Positions 32,901 through 41,731 of a stretch of 64,000 bases of DNA are shown here, one piece after another (the first letter of the stretch is position 1; each line of letters opens with the position of its first letter). The notes under the pieces are model-generated. The model saw nothing but the letters and a program-made list of their open reading frames with translations. It was not told the origin of the DNA and searched no databases. The position numbers and the translations under genes were made by a program. Origin of the DNA: Bacteroidia bacterium (GTDB lineage: Bacteria > Bacteroidota > Bacteroidia > NS11-12g > UBA9320); assembly GCA_965216465.1 (NCBI GenBank), contig CBDCFW010000004.1, positions 128,001-192,000 of the forward strand, in the 5' to 3' direction.

Positions 32901-34666
32901 AAGTTTGTAGTAATATTCATTTGGAAATCACCATCATCAGTTACACCCATCGTACTCCATTGGTAGCGTACAGGAGGTGTAGCATTGTACACATAAGGCT
33001 CCAAGCGAAGCGTTGTTCCAGCACAAATAAACGTGTCAGGACCTAATGATAGGTTTGCTTCAAGTAAAGGTGGAACTACCAAGGTATCTAAGTAGATGGT
33101 TGGACAGTTCTGAGGTGCATTATTAATCGTATGCTTGATAATATAGGTTCCTCCTCTTCTAAATAAGATGGTATCTTGTTTTTGATAACTCAAGAATGTT
33201 GCTGTAGACCTAAACTTAGCGATCTTAGGGTTGAACATAATGTTCGAGTTACTATCTAAAATTTCCCATCTATAGGAAGGAGTTCCTCTGAAACCTGTGA
33301 TTGGTAAACTTTCGAAAGCGTACTCACCACATGGTAAAGTATCAATATCTCTTTCTGCTTCAGCTCTATGCTTAACTGTTACTCTGAACGAACGTACAGA
33401 TACAGCATTAAGCGGACAAGCATTATCTCTAGCAGTTACAGTAAATGTATAAGGAAGATCTTTAGCGTGCTGAGGACCAGGAGTCCAGCAGAATCTACCT
33501 GTTTGGTTAATTGCAGTAGGGTTAATTACTGTAAACGTAGCACCAGGGATACCTCTGTTCCAGCTAACTTTAACTGAATCAGGTGGTGGTGCAGAAGCTG
33601 GTGGAGGTGGTAAGAATACCGGGTCACTAGTCGTTACGTTGAAACATAATTGTGTTCCGGCACAAGTACTATAGGCATAAGGCCCATGCACTATTGGCGG
33701 GTTATTGTCTGGACACGTTTTGGATATAAACTGCATATCACGTCTCGTGACCCCTATCAGTTGATAGGTTCCCGTTGAATCTTTTCGCCACTCATTTACT
33801 TGAATTACCGCAACCGTTACCTCGTTACAGTCAGTTGGAGTGAAAATAATATCACCAGTTTCAGGATCTAAGTAGATTCCGATTGGTGGAGTGTTATTCA
33901 CGTTAACAAATGGTGGAGTTAATGAACCTGGATAGAAAGCAGCAAATGGATGGTTGTATGCATGCCATTGTCCGTTGTATCCAATATTAGTACCTGAAGC
34001 ACTTAATGGGTTTGCCCATTCGTATGATAATGAATCAAAATCTGAAGTATCAGATGCACCATTGTTAAAGAAGAATGGTTGGTTACAGCAAAGAATTGCG
34101 ATAGGCTCTGATGTTAGTGAAGGAGAACTATTACAAGGAGCTTTACACAAGTTAATCTCAGCATAGGTGTAGAAGTTAGCATTCGCAGCACCTGTGGTGA
34201 TGTTACTGTTTCTACAACACTGACCTGTTTCAAAGATGATCTTACAACAATTTCGCATTCCAAAGTATGCACTGTTGGAATCACCAAAATCAATCGTAGT
34301 TGTATACGTGTGTTGCTCGATACCTTCTCCTGTACCCCAAGTATTTGAAGGTACACATTCTCCAGAAGCGGTAGCACATACTGGCGTAATCTCTTTGATA
34401 TTATCAAGCGATAAGGTAACACCAGCAGAACCTCCAGTAGCACACTTCACACGTGTAATACTTGACGGGTTACCAAATGAGACCCCCTTACACCATCTGT
34501 AGTATTTTACTACCACTTGGAACTTCAAGGAGTCAATACATTTGTAAGTAATATCCGCACCCATTACGTGAGTTGCTTTCGCCTCATTGGAAGTAAGCAT
34601 AAAAGGCAAAATGAATAATAGAGCTAAAAAGCTCTTTTTCAAATGTTTAAGTATAGTTCTTCTCAT
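29981..34666 (-). CDS. T9SS type-B cargo, ~1560-aa Cys-rich surface protein with PKD-like domains
   Basis: Signal MRRTILKHLKKSFLALLFILPFMLTSNEAKA; HVMGADITYKC; PKD-like YAWTMGEG and HFWDFDD; C-terminal YIPNAFTP..IFNRWGE..WDG..GTITLIR. Start refined to ATG 34666. Confidence 0.9.
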   Translation of the reverse strand: MRRTILKHLKKSFLALLFILPFMLTSNEAKATHVMGADITYKCIDSLKFQVVVKYYRWCKGVSFGNPSSITRVKCATGGSAGVTLSLDNIKEITPVCATASGECVPSNTWGTGEGIEQHTYTTTIDFGDSNSAYFGMRNCCKIIFETGQCCRNSNITTGAANANFYTYAEINLCKAPCNSSPSLTSEPIAILCCNQPFFFNNGASDTSDFDSLSYEWANPLSASGTNIGYNGQWHAYNHPFAAFYPGSLTPPFVNVNNTPPIGIYLDPETGDIIFTPTDCNEVTVAVIQVNEWRKDSTGTYQLIGVTRRDMQFISKTCPDNNPPIVHGPYAYSTCAGTQLCFNVTTSDPVFLPPPPASAPPPDSVKVSWNRGIPGATFTVINPTAINQTGRFCWTPGPQHAKDLPYTFTVTARDNACPLNAVSVRSFRVTVKHRAEAERDIDTLPCGEYAFESLPITGFRGTPSYRWEILDSNSNIMFNPKIAKFRSTATFLSYQKQDTILFRRGGTYIIKHTINNAPQNCPTIYLDTLVVPPLLEANLSLGPDTFICAGTTLRLEPYVYNATPPVRYQWSTMGVTDDGDFQMNITTNFGDTLDHYELQVPAVQVDTAISVIITDQSGCTSEDTIQVFLKANPKAVLPPDPRLCTYDSILIIPNLDTAYWVDPIVGDTLRQGDTLWKEWYLNGAATPFSYDDSVTINVRGEYVLKVYDSLGCFDTDTLFLFVNDTVTADAGPDQIHCFDDTVRLAAGGLDTMGNGKSGLYRWYDITSLPRLLLGTNSNYDFPAQTTTEYQLDLYVTEGGVECYDADSILVTVNPLPVIDIKGDKQVCCDYGPISMNFDINSPTGGSWSCWEFPFLVNANTFFTDSACGLINAPATNVRTYVTYGYTDPTTGCYNSDSLQIQVDALPNTYLNETVFCQDAEEVTLKDAVVVSPATYLGTPSWDCLDCNGNDFSNMLVDSGLVAGITDYRLRIGEDYYTLENPDKDTIVLEFTYVNERGCRSKDTVSMQIWRVPTITFSQMDPLCWNDGEVSLNLQSGVNLTDGVWSVVNDTTIGGTTYSNITNLGGLSADSINTFNSNTNGGEYYLRYTHTSTGCPVINDTILIINPLPTITIDPFDRQPPRYCEDMADVPLSVNPTGGTWTSTDPSAIVGGNSFSPGNASVHSSDIWFYYNYTSPSTGCQNVDSISAVVEPLPILSVPNDTVFCRPDGQMALDLNFGINALNHGGVGYYSTDLFGNKDRYTLAGDDQSVDVDIDLITDSAETFRVIVLATGLGSCSDVDDAFDIVVNPIPEADIIPSNLNGCNPVTSDFAVQINNKVDPNTANYAWTMGEGSTSNSPTPTATYTTDGTNNVTLTLTSDKGCVAVFNSSIDVYPLPTADFVPNPNNYTTAALPRFYFTDQSTVPNVLGSTITDHFWDFDDFNNRSGDKSTEKDPSYFYSADTATYHVKLVVTTNYGCKDSFYHPVVVGPDLIVYIPNAFTPDNSGPGQNEGFHAIISGEKTMDLIIFNRWGEIMFQTTEKDKKWDGTYKGLPAQQDVYAYQLKVTALNDELYTYTGTITLIR

Positions 34667-34736
34667 ATAGAGTGATTTTTGTAAAATTAACGCGCTAAGG
34701 TAAGCATTTCGGGGTAGTAATCCTATCATATTTTGA

Positions 34737-36242
34737 TCATTTATGGTGTGAAACATTGATTAACTTTCGAACACTATGTAAATTGTTCTTCACTTCTAGC
34801 ATATAGATACCTGGAGTGAGGTTTATGTTGCACCGGTAGGTGCGAATTCCTTTGTTTTCAAATTCGTGCATTGTAACACCTTGAAAATCAGTAATTTTAA
34901 TTTGCGAGTTTAAAGGTAAATTTTCAAGCGTGAAGCTCCCATTGGTAGGGTTTGGGTACACATTTACCGACATGCTACCGAAGTCATCAAATTTCGTTGC
35001 TGACGTTTGTCGAAAAAGACGCTGATCTTGCAAACCTCGATCTCTAATTTCTTGCTTAATATCGTTGCCGCTTTTAACTCCTGCAGCAAGGCAAATTTCG
35101 AGTTTAATGTATTCTCCTTTTTGCAACGGTCGACCATCAATAACGCCCAAAATATTACGAATACCAGGGGTGTTTGATACCGATTCTTCTGTCCAATTAA
35201 GTTGTTGATTGCTAGGGCTTTGGTTGTAAATAAACGAGGTCGATTCTCCACTTCCTTTACCGTCGTCTCCGTAGTTTAAAGAGTCTCCATTTTTCCATCT
35301 GCTGTTCATGAAATTTACGTAGTGCTGGTTCTCCGTAGGGCCATCACTGCCAAATGCGATGCTGCTGCTTAAGTTTTCGTTAAGAAATGTTGCAGAAACA
35401 TAAGGGATTTCACTTCCAAAATAGCCTTCGTCATTCAAATCTCCATTATAAAGCACTGTGGCAGGAGGGAAGTCTGAAAAAGTGGCTGCAAAGTTGTCAA
35501 AAGGATTTCCACATTGTCCTCCCATAAAGAATCCAACCTTGACATCTTTGTAATCAACAGGTCGCCTTGAAACAATATAATATTCCAAGAATATACTATT
35601 AGATCCTTCAATGGTGTACGCCATTAGATGTACTTCAATACCTACTTCAACTCCGAATGATGCAGTGTGTTCGTCGGCCAAGTCATTAAAAATACAATAC
35701 CATGCATTTTCTCCCTTGATATAGGGGTAATCTCCATTTTCCGGATCGTACTTGCTGTTAAAATTAGCGTCAATGAACGGAGCTAAATAGCTTATGAAGC
35801 CATTCGTACCAGGAACTGGCCAATCATTAATCTCATCAGGAACAAGATAATCAGGCTTGTCAAAATCTTGTTGATGTTGTAAAATTTGGTCTTTGCTTAT
35901 TTGCCAAACTTTGTCCCACTCATTGATGTTACCCGTTTGCCCAGTTAATGTGTCAACCGGTCCTGGCCAATAGTCCATTGAATCAAGAGCCTTAAAGTGC
36001 TGTATTGAAGTATAGAAGTTGTTATCGTAGTCTTCTGCAACAACCCAAATTCCAGCCTGATTCAAGAAATGATTTGCTGTTGAGCTTGCATTAAAAGCAG
36101 GGTTAAGTGTTTCTAAATCAACCGCTAAACTTCCGTTTGAGTTTATTCTTAGCGACTGATTTTCACCTATAGTTTGGAAACTAGTCTGTCCTATCCCTAG
36201 AAAAGGGAGAAGTAATAAGGTTAATGTATGTAATCGTTTCAA
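34737..36242 (-). CDS. T9SS type-A cargo of unknown function
   Basis: Signal (L)KRLHTLTLLLLPFLGIGQ; YWPGP, APFIDANFNSKYDPENGDYP; C-terminal VYPNPTNG..GIYMLEV. Start refined to TTG 36242, just after the upstream stop. Confidence 0.82.
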   Translation of the reverse strand: MKRLHTLTLLLLPFLGIGQTSFQTIGENQSLRINSNGSLAVDLETLNPAFNASSTANHFLNQAGIWVVAEDYDNNFYTSIQHFKALDSMDYWPGPVDTLTGQTGNINEWDKVWQISKDQILQHQQDFDKPDYLVPDEINDWPVPGTNGFISYLAPFIDANFNSKYDPENGDYPYIKGENAWYCIFNDLADEHTASFGVEVGIEVHLMAYTIEGSNSIFLEYYIVSRRPVDYKDVKVGFFMGGQCGNPFDNFAATFSDFPPATVLYNGDLNDEGYFGSEIPYVSATFLNENLSSSIAFGSDGPTENQHYVNFMNSRWKNGDSLNYGDDGKGSGESTSFIYNQSPSNQQLNWTEESVSNTPGIRNILGVIDGRPLQKGEYIKLEICLAAGVKSGNDIKQEIRDRGLQDQRLFRQTSATKFDDFGSMSVNVYPNPTNGSFTLENLPLNSQIKITDFQGVTMHEFENKGIRTYRCNINLTPGIYMLEVKNNLHSVRKLINVSHHK

Positions 36243-36243
36243 A

Positions 36244-37650
36244 CTATAATCGCACGCGTAAGCCAAGCTGGCTAAATACGCCAAAATCTTTTTGTTTTAT
36301 TCCAGGAAGATCCAGCCCATTTTGTAGTGCCAAACTTCCTTGAGGATAGAGCATAATCATTACTTTATCATTCACAGTATAACCTGCTCCAACTCCAAAA
36401 CTAATTCTTGAAATTCCATTTTGATAAGATAGGCTTTCAGCAGCAACTGTTTGCAACTGGTCGTTTATTGACATGCCCGTAACATTCTGGTGTATAGTGA
36501 ATTGAACTCCAGCTTTAGAGAGTACTGTCCATCTTGAACCGAAATAAAATGCTCTTTCTAATTCAAGTGGAATTTGCACAGAGTTGTATTTGTTAGTAGC
36601 ACTTACCGCAGCACCTTGTACCCAAGATGTGTCGTAATAAGTTACATCTACCATTTGCTTGATTTCACCAAGCACTGGATGAATGATTACTCTTTCTTCT
36701 TGCTCTATGCGCTCGTTGATATGCATTTCAGATTCAAAAGAATTGAACTGCTCGGTACGTTGCATAAAATTAATTCCCGATTGAAGGCTCCATTTTGGGC
36801 TCAATTGGTAAGCAATTCTCGCATCAACCATTGAAGATAACCTTGCTTGGTCTGCTTCATTTCTTAATTCTGTATAATTCTGTGGCCCTTCAATTATTCT
36901 ATAGGCATATCCAATTCCTCCTGAAAGTTCAAATCTCCAAGGACTAATCTTGGTCGTGTTATTTTCCGAATTGTTTTGTGCGTTTTGATCTGCTGTATCT
37001 GGAGTTTCAGCCTCCTCCGCAAATACAAAGTGCTCTGGTGTCTCTGCTTTATCCTCTTCTATTACAGGCTTAGATTCTATTACATTGGCGACCTCGTCTC
37101 TTCGGTTAACATCTAAAGATCTATCGCGTACGTGCAGTTTTGCTTTATTAGGGTCAACCTCTTTGTTTTCTTCCATGATTTCAGCAAATCGTTGTGCCAA
37201 ACGCTCATCTACAACAATATCTTGTATTGGTGAAGTAGTTTGTTCTGGAGGCGTAACGTCACCAGGATAAGATCCATAAGTGCTTTGATCACGAAGTGGA
37301 AGTGCTGGCGTAGGATCTAGAGTTGGAACAGGCGAAGTTACAGGTTCTAGTTGAGTATCTATCTCTTCTTGAACAATAGCAGATTCAACTTCGTGAGACT
37401 CCTGAGGAACTTCAGGGGTAACTTCTTCTATTTCAGGTGCGTCGATTACTGCTGGAGAATCGGATGAATTATTCAATCCCCAAAATGCAACAAGTACACC
37501 TAATAAAGCAACCGATGCGGCTGTCCACCACCATACGGCAACTTTCTTTTTCTTGCGTTTAGCTTGAATAGCATCGAACAGCCCTCCAGAAGGCTGAACT
37601 TCAAAGGCTTCAAGCTTCGCTTTTAATATGTCCTCTAATTCTTTACTCAT
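36244..37650 (-). CDS. Putative dual-membrane-spanning anti-sigma factor
   Basis: Short N-terminal helical domain (LKAKLEAFEVQPSGGLFDAI), Lys run, TM helix (VAVWWWTAASVALLGVLVAFWGL), long P/E/T/D-rich linker, then a PorT-like beta-barrel (SVQIPL, terminal LGLRVRL). ATGA overlap with the ECF gene. Confidence 0.75.
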   Translation of the reverse strand: MSKELEDILKAKLEAFEVQPSGGLFDAIQAKRKKKKVAVWWWTAASVALLGVLVAFWGLNNSSDSPAVIDAPEIEEVTPEVPQESHEVESAIVQEEIDTQLEPVTSPVPTLDPTPALPLRDQSTYGSYPGDVTPPEQTTSPIQDIVVDERLAQRFAEIMEENKEVDPNKAKLHVRDRSLDVNRRDEVANVIESKPVIEEDKAETPEHFVFAEEAETPDTADQNAQNNSENNTTKISPWRFELSGGIGYAYRIIEGPQNYTELRNEADQARLSSMVDARIAYQLSPKWSLQSGINFMQRTEQFNSFESEMHINERIEQEERVIIHPVLGEIKQMVDVTYYDTSWVQGAAVSATNKYNSVQIPLELERAFYFGSRWTVLSKAGVQFTIHQNVTGMSINDQLQTVAAESLSYQNGISRISFGVGAGYTVNDKVMIMLYPQGSLALQNGLDLPGIKQKDFGVFSQLGLRVRL

Positions 37651-38216
37651 CGTGTAATTCCGTATTTATTAAGTAGTTTTATCAAATGTTGTTTTGCTCT
37701 ACTATATTGAGTACGTGAAGTAACTTCAGATATATTGAGCATTTCACCTATTTCTTTATGACTATAACCTTCGATAGCGTACATGTTGAAAACAGTTCGA
37801 TATCCTTCAGGTAGTTTAGTCAGAATAGCCAATAAGTTCTTTGTTTCCATATTGCTAATAGCTTTTGCATCGAATGCTTGTTCTTGGGTAGACTCTAAAT
37901 CTCCGGGTTCAAATTTTTTCACCCTTTTGTCGTTGCTCTTTAATGCTGTAAAAACAACAATCTTTCGAATCCAGCCCTCAAAAGAACCACGCTTCTGGAA
38001 AGTGCTTATTTTATCAAATATTTTGATAAACGCATCTTGAAGCACATCTTCCGCTTCCATCTTGCTATTGCAATATCTTAAACTTACTCCCATCATTTTT
38101 GGAGCAAACCTCTCATACAACATCCTTTGACAGTGCACATCATTCCGAATACATCCTTCAATGATTTCATCCTCGCTCAATGGTTGATTAGTTGTACTGT
38201 TGGTTAATTTGTTCAA
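37647..38216 (-). CDS. ECF sigma-70 factor
   Basis: AEDVLQDAFIKIF, SFEGWIRKI, LPEGYRTVFNMYAIEGYSHKEIG, SRTQYSRAK. Confidence 0.95.
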   Translation of the reverse strand: MNKLTNSTTNQPLSEDEIIEGCIRNDVHCQRMLYERFAPKMMGVSLRYCNSKMEAEDVLQDAFIKIFDKISTFQKRGSFEGWIRKIVVFTALKSNDKRVKKFEPGDLESTQEQAFDAKAISNMETKNLLAILTKLPEGYRTVFNMYAIEGYSHKEIGEMLNISEVTSRTQYSRAKQHLIKLLNKYGITR

Positions 38217-38345
38217 GTGGAAGACCTTTGGTATTACAAATATGTTGCATACTTAAGTAAAAAAAATGAATTTCATTGAATCTCTTCATTATAAACAATT
38301 TAATATCAATTGATTACATCCACTAAAAAATCATAATATTTGCAC

Positions 38346-39425
38346 ATGCATCGGTTTTCAAAGTCTGAATTAGAGAATATTGCTACCCAGGTGTTTTTAG
38401 CCATGGGTGTTCCTGAAGCAGATGCTTCAATCGCAAGTGATGTTCTGGTAAATGCCGATGTTAGAGGTATAGACAGTCATGGTGTATCTCGTCTTGTAGG
38501 ATATGTGGCTCTGTGGGAAGCGGGGCGTATAAATCCTAAAGCTAATATTCAAATTGTTCGCGAGAATAAATCTACTTTTACAATTGATGGCGATCAGGGT
38601 CTAGGTTTGGTTGTAGCCCCAAAGTCAATGCAGATTGCCATCGAAAGAGCTAAAGAGTTTGGCACGGGAATGGGGGCAATACAAAATTCAAATCATTTTG
38701 GTATTGCAGGATATCATGCTATGATGGCATTGCCTCATGACATGATTGGAATGGCAATGACTAACGCTACCCCATTTATTCCACCAACACATAGCAAGCA
38801 AGCAATGCTAGGTACAAATCCTATTGCGTATGCCTTTCCTTCGGATAAAAATTTACCTGTGGTTATCGACTTAGCTACTGCAGCGGTTGCCAGAGGCAAA
38901 ATTGAAATTGCAAGACGTGAAGAAAAAGAGATTCCACTTGGATGGATGGTCGATAAAGAGGGTAATCCGAGTCAAAATGTTGATGAACTTAAAGATGGAG
39001 GTATGCTAACACCTTTAGGCTCGCTAGAAGAACTAAGCAGTCATAAAGGGTATGCACTCGGGAGTTTAGTCGATATTTTAACCGGGGTCTTGTCAGGAGC
39101 CAATTATGGCAAATGGGTTCCTCCTTTTGTTCCTTTCTTAGCTTTACAGCCCAATATGCCTGGCAAAGGCCTAGGGCACTTTGTTGGAGCAATGGAAATA
39201 GATGGGTTTAGGGATAAAGCTGAATTCAAATCTGAAATGGATCGATGGATAGATTCATTTAAATCAGCTGAAAGAATTGACCCTGAACAAGAAGTATTTG
39301 TTCCCGGTGAAAAAGAATACCGTATTGAAGCCAAACGCTCTAAAGATGGAATTCCACTTAATCCTAAAGTATTGAGCGACCTTGAAGGTCTTGACAAGAA
39401 ATTTGGATTGAACATACTTGGCTAA
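38346..39425 (+). CDS. Ldh_2 family (malate/L-lactate/sulfolactate-type) oxidoreductase
   Basis: RGIDSHG, NSNHFG, GTNPIA, HKGYAL, VPGEKE. Confidence 0.9.
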   Translation: MHRFSKSELENIATQVFLAMGVPEADASIASDVLVNADVRGIDSHGVSRLVGYVALWEAGRINPKANIQIVRENKSTFTIDGDQGLGLVVAPKSMQIAIERAKEFGTGMGAIQNSNHFGIAGYHAMMALPHDMIGMAMTNATPFIPPTHSKQAMLGTNPIAYAFPSDKNLPVVIDLATAAVARGKIEIARREEKEIPLGWMVDKEGNPSQNVDELKDGGMLTPLGSLEELSSHKGYALGSLVDILTGVLSGANYGKWVPPFVPFLALQPNMPGKGLGHFVGAMEIDGFRDKAEFKSEMDRWIDSFKSAERIDPEQEVFVPGEKEYRIEAKRSKDGIPLNPKVLSDLEGLDKKFGLNILG

Positions 39426-39500
39426 GCCATAATTTATTGTGACATAAGTCGCTTCCGATTGTAGCAAACTTTCTTAAATTCGCTACCTCAATTAATTTAC

Positions 39501-41552
39501 ATGAAAAAATTATTTTTACTCTTATTCGTATTGCCCGCATTTTTTGCATGCAACGAAAAACCAAAAGATGACCACAACGACTCAGTTGAAGTAGTTGAGC
39601 AAAATCCCAACCGGTTTGCCGACCTAAAAATTTTGTCTTACGATGCTTCTGGAATAAATTCTTTAAGCAAACAACAAAAAGAACTGGTGTACTATCTTTC
39701 GCAAGCCGCACTAAGTGGCAGAGAGATTATTTATGCTCAAAACTATAAACACAATATTCAAATTAAAAGAAGTCTAGAAGAGATTTACACCAAATATGAC
39801 GGTGATAAATCAACCGAAGACTGGGCTGCATTTGAAGTGTACTTAAAAAGAATTTGGTTTGCCAATGGAATTCACCATCACTATGCTGAAAAGAAATTCG
39901 ATCCTGGATTTTCTGCAGAATATTTCGATGAATTAGTTAGCAACACTGCAGATGCAAACTGGCCTACAATGGAAGGACAGTCAAGTGAAGAAATGATGGC
40001 AGTTCTCAAGCCGGTAATGTTCGATCCAAGCATCGATGCTAAGAAAGTTGTGAAGGATAAAGGTGTAGATAAAGTTTTAGTATCTGCTAATAATTACTAC
40101 GCCGAAGGTGTAGGAGAGGAAGAAGCAGTTGCCCATTATAAAGCAATGATGCAAGAAGGAGATACTACTCCAGTTGAATACGGTTTAAACTCAAGATTGG
40201 TAAGACAGGATGGCCAACTAACTGATTTGGTTTATAAATCAGGAGGGCTTTACGGTAAAGCAATGGATCAAATGATCTATTGGTTAGAACGAGCTCAAGG
40301 CGTTGCTGAAAATGAGGCACAAGCTGAACACATCGGAATGCTAATTGAATACTTTAGAACAGGTGATCTTACCCAGTGGGATAACACGAATATTAAATGG
40401 GTAAACAGTACAGAAGGCGATATTGATTTCATTCTAGGTTTTATTGAAGTATATGGCGACGCAATTGGCTACAAAGGAGCATTTGAAGGAGTGATACAAG
40501 TGAACGACCTTGAAGCTTCTGAAAGAATGCAAGTTTTAAGTGAAAATGCGCAATACTTTGAAGATAACAGTTCAATTATGGATGAGCACAAAAAAGCCAA
40601 TGTTGTGGGTGTTAGTTACCGAGTGATTAATGCGGCTATGGAGGCTGGAGATGCTGCTCCTTCAACACCAATTGGAATTAATCTACCAAATAGTAACTGG
40701 ATTAGAAGTACACACGGTTCGAAGTCTATTAGCCTAGGTAATATTGTTGAAGCTTATAATTCTTCCAGCGGAGGAAGCACAGTCGGAGAATTTTATCTTT
40801 CTGAAGAGAGCCAAGCTCGTATAAAAGAGCACGGTAAATTAGCTAGTAAGATGCACACGGCAATGCACGAAGTAATTGGTCATGCTAGTGGTGTTATTAA
40901 TGAAGGAATTGGAACTCCAAAAGAAACCTTGAAAAATTATAGCAATACACTTGAAGAAGCTCGTGCCGATCTTGTCGCACTTTATTATATCTACGATGAA
41001 AAGCTTGTTGAGCTAGGACTGATGCCAAGTGTTGAAGTTGGAATGGCAGAATACGACAGCTACATTGCTAACGGTATGATGCTTCAACTTAGAAGATTGG
41101 ATGAAGGTGAAAACATCGAAGAAGACCATATGAGAAACAGACAACTGAATGCTTCATGGGCATATGAGCGTGGTCTTGAAGATAATGTGATTGAAAAGAA
41201 GGTTGTAGATGGCAAGACCTATTTTGTAGTTAATGATTATGCAAAACTTCGTGAAATTTTTGGAGAGCTTTTGAGAGAGATCCAACGTATAAAATCAGAA
41301 GGAGATTATCAGGCAGCTGAAGCTCTAGTTGAAGGCTACGGTGTTAAAGTAGATGCAGACATCCATAAAGAAGTGCTAGAAAGATTCGAAAGCTTAAATC
41401 TTGCTCCTTATAGCGGATTTGTTCAACCTAAACTTGTGGCAGAATTTGATGACGAAGGAAACTTCGTAGATCTAACCGTAAGCGAAGAAGGTTACGTAGA
41501 ACAAATGCTTCGATTTGCACAAGAATATGCCTTTATCGAACCAGGCGAATAA
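39501..41552 (+). CDS. Dipeptidyl-peptidase III (M49) lipoprotein
   Basis: Lipobox AFFAC; NGIHHHY, IGINLPN, HEVIGH (HExxGH), EEARAD. Confidence 0.92.
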   Translation: MKKLFLLLFVLPAFFACNEKPKDDHNDSVEVVEQNPNRFADLKILSYDASGINSLSKQQKELVYYLSQAALSGREIIYAQNYKHNIQIKRSLEEIYTKYDGDKSTEDWAAFEVYLKRIWFANGIHHHYAEKKFDPGFSAEYFDELVSNTADANWPTMEGQSSEEMMAVLKPVMFDPSIDAKKVVKDKGVDKVLVSANNYYAEGVGEEEAVAHYKAMMQEGDTTPVEYGLNSRLVRQDGQLTDLVYKSGGLYGKAMDQMIYWLERAQGVAENEAQAEHIGMLIEYFRTGDLTQWDNTNIKWVNSTEGDIDFILGFIEVYGDAIGYKGAFEGVIQVNDLEASERMQVLSENAQYFEDNSSIMDEHKKANVVGVSYRVINAAMEAGDAAPSTPIGINLPNSNWIRSTHGSKSISLGNIVEAYNSSSGGSTVGEFYLSEESQARIKEHGKLASKMHTAMHEVIGHASGVINEGIGTPKETLKNYSNTLEEARADLVALYYIYDEKLVELGLMPSVEVGMAEYDSYIANGMMLQLRRLDEGENIEEDHMRNRQLNASWAYERGLEDNVIEKKVVDGKTYFVVNDYAKLREIFGELLREIQRIKSEGDYQAAEALVEGYGVKVDADIHKEVLERFESLNLAPYSGFVQPKLVAEFDDEGNFVDLTVSEEGYVEQMLRFAQEYAFIEPGE

Positions 41553-41561
41553 GAATTAAAT

Positions 41562-41590
41562 GGGGTAGTATTTGCTACCCCTTTTTTTTT
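41562..41590 (+). terminator. Intrinsic terminator after DPP III
   Basis: GGGGTAG..CTACCCC stem followed by T9. Confidence 0.85.
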
Positions 41591-41731
41591 ATGAAAAATA
41601 AAACAACCAAGATTATCATTCTCTTGCTGTTCCTGACAATCTTTATAGGTTCAGCGGTTTGGATGTACAACAAATATGTTGTTGCCAACAGTCCATACAA
41701 CAAGGATGTTAAACTCCGAGGAATGGATTAA
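41591..41731 (+). CDS. Small single-TM protein (46 aa), absent from the ORF track
   Basis: MKNKTTKIIILLLFLTIFIGSAVWMYNKYVVANSPYNKDVKLRGMD*. Fills the whole gap, and its TAA overlaps the ung ATG (TAATG). Confidence 0.65.
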   Translation: MKNKTTKIIILLLFLTIFIGSAVWMYNKYVVANSPYNKDVKLRGMD

